This document shows, piece by piece, positions 49,586 through 53,181 of a stretch of DNA of 53,181 nt; position 1 is the stretch's first letter; every line of letters begins with the position of its first letter. Under the pieces are notes generated by a model, which searched no databases, had not been told where the DNA came from, and saw nothing but the letters and a program-made list of their open reading frames with translations. The position numbers and the translations under genes were made by a program. Origin of the DNA: Actinomycetales bacterium (lineage in GTDB: Bacteria; Actinomycetota; Actinomycetes; Actinomycetales; CAVURS01); the NCBI GenBank assembly GCA_045807245.1, contig JBJMHS010000067.1:1-53181 (forward strand), given 5' to 3'.

Positions 49586-49987
49586 ATGTCGATCGTCGTC
49601 GGCTACGTCCCGACCAAGGAGGGCCGGGCCGCCCTGCGCCGAGCAGCCGAGGAAGCGCAGCTGCGCAAGACGCGGCTGATCGTGATCCACTCCGAGCGGG
49701 GTGGGAAGGACTTCGACATCGAGGACGTGCGGGCCTACGAGGCCGAGCTCTCGCGGGTGCAGCAGGATCTCGAGGCGGCCGGTGTCGCCCACGAGGTGCG
49801 CCAGCTGGTCCGCGGGATGGAGCCGGCGGAGGACCTGATCGCGGTGGCGGAGGAGACCGGCGCCGACTTTATCGTCATCGGGCTGCGCCGCCGTACTCCG
49901 GTCGGCAAGCTCATCCTCGGCTCGAACGCGCAACGGATCCTGCTCGACGCGCCCTGCCCGGTGCTCGCGGTGAAGGCCGAGTCCTAG
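49586..49987 (+). CDS. Universal stress protein
   Basis: [49 protein letters not shown]. Confidence 0.92.
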   Translation: MSIVVGYVPTKEGRAALRRAAEEAQLRKTRLIVIHSERGGKDFDIEDVRAYEAELSRVQQDLEAAGVAHEVRQLVRGMEPAEDLIAVAEETGADFIVIGLRRRTPVGKLILGSNAQRILLDAPCPVLAVKAES

Positions 49988-50207
49988 CCACCGGACGGAG
50001 TGCCCGGACCCGCCCGGAAAGGGCGGATGCGCGTCCCGAATTACGTGGCTGTGCCCAGCCTCGGGCTACAATTGTCGATATCTGCTCCTGCAGCGGGAAA
50101 CTCCCGCCGCCCGGGCATGCCCCCGAACCCTCCGGCGTTGCCCTGTACGGCGGTCTCTGTCACCAGCGCCGCCAGACAAGTCACGCCATCTGCCAGGAAG
50201 GTCGTCC

Positions 50208-51755
50208 GTGTCGCCGGTCACGACTCCCCGCACGTCCCCCGCTGTTCCTGCGACGAGCGCCGCCCGTCGCAGCGCCACCGCTGCCGTAGCGCCCCCCGCC
50301 AAGAAGTCCGCGCGCCCGGTGAAGGCCGTCCCGGACACGAAGTCGGCGACGGCGAAGACCGCCGCGAAGTCGCCCGCGAAGACGGCCGCCAAGCCGGCCG
50401 CCAAGTCGACGGAGAAGACCGCGGCCAAGGCTCCGGCCGCGAAGAGCGTCGCCAAGACCACCAGCAAGGCACCGGCCGTCACGTCGACGGAGAAGACGGC
50501 CGTCAAGGTCGGTGCGAAGACTCCTGCTGCGAAGAGCGCCGCGAAGACCGCGGCCAAGACCGCTGACAAGCCGGCCGTCGCGAAGTCGGCGGACCGGAGC
50601 ACCACGAAGACCGCCGAGAAGGCCGCGGCCAAGACTGCGACGGCCAAGGCCCCCGCGGTCCAGCCGGGCGCCGACGGCGTTGTCGTCGACGAGAACGTCG
50701 AGCCGGCTGACGTCGAGGTCCTTGCCGGCACCGAGGTGGAGGCCGAGGTAGAGGCCGACGAGGAAGGTGACCAGGAGGAGGGTGCGTTCGTCCTGTCCGA
50801 CGAGGACGAGGAGGACGCCCCCGCGCAGCAGGTCGCGACGGCGGGTGCCACCGCGGACCCGGTGAAGGACTACCTCAAGCAGATCGGCAAGGTCGCCCTG
50901 CTGAACGCCGAGCAGGAAGTCGAGCTGGCCAAGCGGATCGAGGCCGGTCTGTTCGCCGAGGAGCGGCTCAACTCCGGCAGCAAGATCGATGCCAAGCACA
51001 AGCGCGAGCTGTGGTGGATCAAGGAAGACGGCAAGAAGGCCAAGAACCACCTGCTCGAGGCCAACCTCCGGCTGGTCGTGTCGCTGGCCAAGCGGTACAC
51101 CGGGCGGGGAATGCTCTTCCTGGACCTGATCCAGGAGGGCAACCTCGGTCTGATCCGCGCGGTCGAGAAGTTCGACTACACCAAGGGCTACAAGTTCTCG
51201 ACGTACGCCACCTGGTGGATCAGGCAGGCGATCACCCGCGCCATGGCCGACCAGGCCCGCACCATCCGTATCCCGGTGCACATGGTCGAGGTCATCAACA
51301 AGCTGGCCCGGGTGCAGCGGCAGATGCTGCAGGACCTGGGTCGCGAGCCCACGCCGGAAGAGCTGGCCCGCGAGCTCGACATGACGCCGGAGAAGGTCGT
51401 CGAGGTCCAGAAGTACGGCCGCGAGCCGATCTCGTTGCACACGCCGCTCGGTGAGGACGGAGACAGCGAGTTCGGTGACCTGATCGAGGACTCCGAGGCC
51501 GTCGTGCCTGCGGATGCGGTCAGCTTCACCCTGCTGCAGGAGCAGCTGCACTCGGTGTTGGACACGTTGTCCGAGCGCGAGGCCGGGGTGGTGTCGATGC
51601 GGTTCGGTCTCACGGACGGCCAACCCAAGACCCTGGACGAGATCGGCAAGGTGTACGGCGTGACCCGCGAGCGGATCCGCCAGATCGAGTCCAAGACGAT
51701 GTCCAAGCTGAGGCACCCGAGTCGCAGCCAGGTCCTGCGCGACTACCTCGACTGA
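50208..51755 (+). CDS. sigA: Principal RNA polymerase sigma factor (SigA/HrdB)
   Basis: [56 protein letters not shown]; Ala/Lys-rich N-terminus. Confidence 0.96.
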   Translation: MSPVTTPRTSPAVPATSAARRSATAAVAPPAKKSARPVKAVPDTKSATAKTAAKSPAKTAAKPAAKSTEKTAAKAPAAKSVAKTTSKAPAVTSTEKTAVKVGAKTPAAKSAAKTAAKTADKPAVAKSADRSTTKTAEKAAAKTATAKAPAVQPGADGVVVDENVEPADVEVLAGTEVEAEVEADEEGDQEEGAFVLSDEDEEDAPAQQVATAGATADPVKDYLKQIGKVALLNAEQEVELAKRIEAGLFAEERLNSGSKIDAKHKRELWWIKEDGKKAKNHLLEANLRLVVSLAKRYTGRGMLFLDLIQEGNLGLIRAVEKFDYTKGYKFSTYATWWIRQAITRAMADQARTIRIPVHMVEVINKLARVQRQMLQDLGREPTPEELARELDMTPEKVVEVQKYGREPISLHTPLGEDGDSEFGDLIEDSEAVVPADAVSFTLLQEQLHSVLDTLSEREAGVVSMRFGLTDGQPKTLDEIGKVYGVTRERIRQIESKTMSKLRHPSRSQVLRDYLD

Positions 51756-51798
51756 GGATCTGCCGCTCAGTGGGGCGCCGCCCTTTGCGACCGTCGAG

Positions 51799-52312
51799 GT
51801 GAGCCCATTGTCTGATCCTGGCCTGCCGGACCTGCCCGACCCAGACGAGCGCCCACCCGGAGGCGATCCCGGTTCGGTACCGGACCCGCCAGACGGCCCG
51901 CCCGACCCCGAACCGCCACGTCCCGACACCGACGAGGACGCGGTCCGCGAGACAAGTCCGTGGCCAAGGCGACCTGTTCGGGATGCGCACGCAGAGGACA
52001 GGGGGGAGCCTGGCCGTGCAGGGCCGTCCAGTGAAGGTGGCACCGAATGAGCGGCATAAACCCCCCGGAGCTAGGGCAAGCACTCCAGCAACCCGATCCC
52101 CCGGACGACGACCAAGAAGCGCCTGACCCGGAGTCGGAGGCGGCCGACAAAGGCATTGAACACGGCTCCGAAGCAGACCCCGACGATCGGTAAGGGTCCC
52201 GGGCATGAGGATGCCCCCGACATCGGACGACGGCGAGGGCCACTCACTCCTGCGGGGGACTGGACCGGACGTGGACTCGAAGTCCGCGCCGTCGGCCCTA
52301 GATGCGCCGTGA
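51799..52312 (+). other. Three consecutive short acidic Pro/Asp-rich ORFs (51799-52050, 52047-52193, 52205-52312), coding status uncertain
   Basis: Similar composition; the first two overlap by ATGA; codon usage is less GC3-biased than neighbours; no recognisable domain. Confidence 0.3.
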
Positions 52313-52491
52313 CGACATTGGTCCGCGTGTCCTTTGGACCACCCTGGGTAGGGGTCCGGGCACGGCTCGTAGCCCTGGGCTAGGAATGCTGACATTCGCC
52401 TGGGGGCCAGGGATATAGCCATTACGTTGGGATGCAAGAGGCGGTCACGCGGGAGTGAGAAGACGGCCGGTCTGACTGGAGGATGTAGCGG

Positions 52492-53181
52492 ATGAAGCTT
52501 CGTCGCCGGCTGTTCACCGTGAGCGCCTTGGCCCTGGCGACGGCCGGGCTGGCCATCGGCAACGTTGCGGCCGCGCCGCTCGGGCCCGTGGGCACGACGC
52601 CGGCAACCGGTACCCCGGCGCTGGACAGCTCGAACACCTCCCAGAACATCCGGCAGCTCGTGCAGTGCGGCTCGACGATGTACGCCGTCGGCACGGTCAG
52701 CCGGATCACGCAGAAGGGAGTGGCCTACAACCGCACGGGGGCGTTCAGCTTCAGCGCCACGGCGCCGTTCACGCTGACGTCCTGGGCGCCGAACATCGAC
52801 GGGACCGTCAACTCCATCGGGTTCGTCAACGGCGACTGCTCCTCGGCGTACATCGGGGGCAAGTTCACGACGGTCAACGGCACGGCCGCCAGCAACCTCG
52901 CCAAGATCAGTACGTCGACGGGCAACGTCGACGCTACGTTCACGCACTCGGCGGGCAGCCAGGTGGCGACCGTCCTCGGTTGGAACGGGCATGTGTTTGT
53001 CGGCGGCTACTTCAAGAAGGTCAACGGCAACACGAACGCGTACTACGCGAGCCTGAGCCCGACGACCGGCAACGACGACGGGTACATCTCGCTGAACATC
53101 TCGGGCAACTACCAGTTCCCGGGAGTGGGGAGCAACCCCACCCGGGTCTACAACCAGCAGCTCAGCCACTCGGGCAACAAG
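52492..53181 (+). CDS. Secreted beta-propeller-repeat protein, 3' truncated by window (not in ORF track)
   Basis: GGAGG RBS; signal peptide MKLRRRLFTVSALALATAGLAIG; repeated blades (MYAVGTV, AYIGGKFTTVNG, VFVGGYFKKVNG); frame open to the window end. Confidence 0.8.
   Translation, partial: MKLRRRLFTVSALALATAGLAIGNVAAAPLGPVGTTPATGTPALDSSNTSQNIRQLVQCGSTMYAVGTVSRITQKGVAYNRTGAFSFSATAPFTLTSWAPNIDGTVNSIGFVNGDCSSAYIGGKFTTVNGTAASNLAKISTSTGNVDATFTHSAGSQVATVLGWNGHVFVGGYFKKVNGNTNAYYASLSPTTGNDDGYISLNISGNYQFPGVGSNPTRVYNQQLSHSGNK

Noticed and set aside
50260..50660. Ala/Lys/Thr-rich repeats in SigA
   Set aside because: A histone-like low-complexity N-terminus is a normal feature of actinobacterial principal sigma factors.
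51610..53169. 519-aa minus-strand ORF
   Set aside because: Shadow of the plus-strand secreted protein and flanking DNA; no domain motifs.

Overview
High-GC Actinomycetota chromosomal segment with about 46 protein-coding genes. No rRNA, tRNA, CRISPR array or recognisable mobile element was seen. Most of it is ordinary housekeeping or accessory content: LLM oxidoreductase/FMN reductase, a YciI-ECF42 pair, TetR-monooxygenase-methyltransferase, OsmC, a GH15 glucodextranase, DUF1800/DUF1501, HrpA interrupted by one in-frame TAG, L,D-transpeptidase, PAC2, a cNMP-kinase/REC-TrxB-like pair, MFS, a PolA-like enzyme, NCS1 permease/PNP, sseA-sufE, ligB, pxpABC, a SAM-IV riboswitch with metY-metX, and sigA. 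The standout is a divergent locus at ~30.2-36.1 kb. Leftward it encodes a cytoplasmic S8 subtilase and a TPR-CHAT (caspase-clan) protease. Rightward it encodes a 42-aa peptide missing from the ORF track, an ECF sigma factor and a coupled partner protein. The peptide carries HLEGH, and the same motif occurs twice in tandem at the predicted prodomain/catalytic junction of the subtilase. Three copies of a GTATCA-N16/17-(C/G)TCCT(C/G) promoter-like motif point at the protease operon, the peptide and the sigma gene. My inference is a peptide-gated, two-protease signalling cascade controlling an autoregulated ECF sigma factor. All family assignments come from motif recognition, not database searches.
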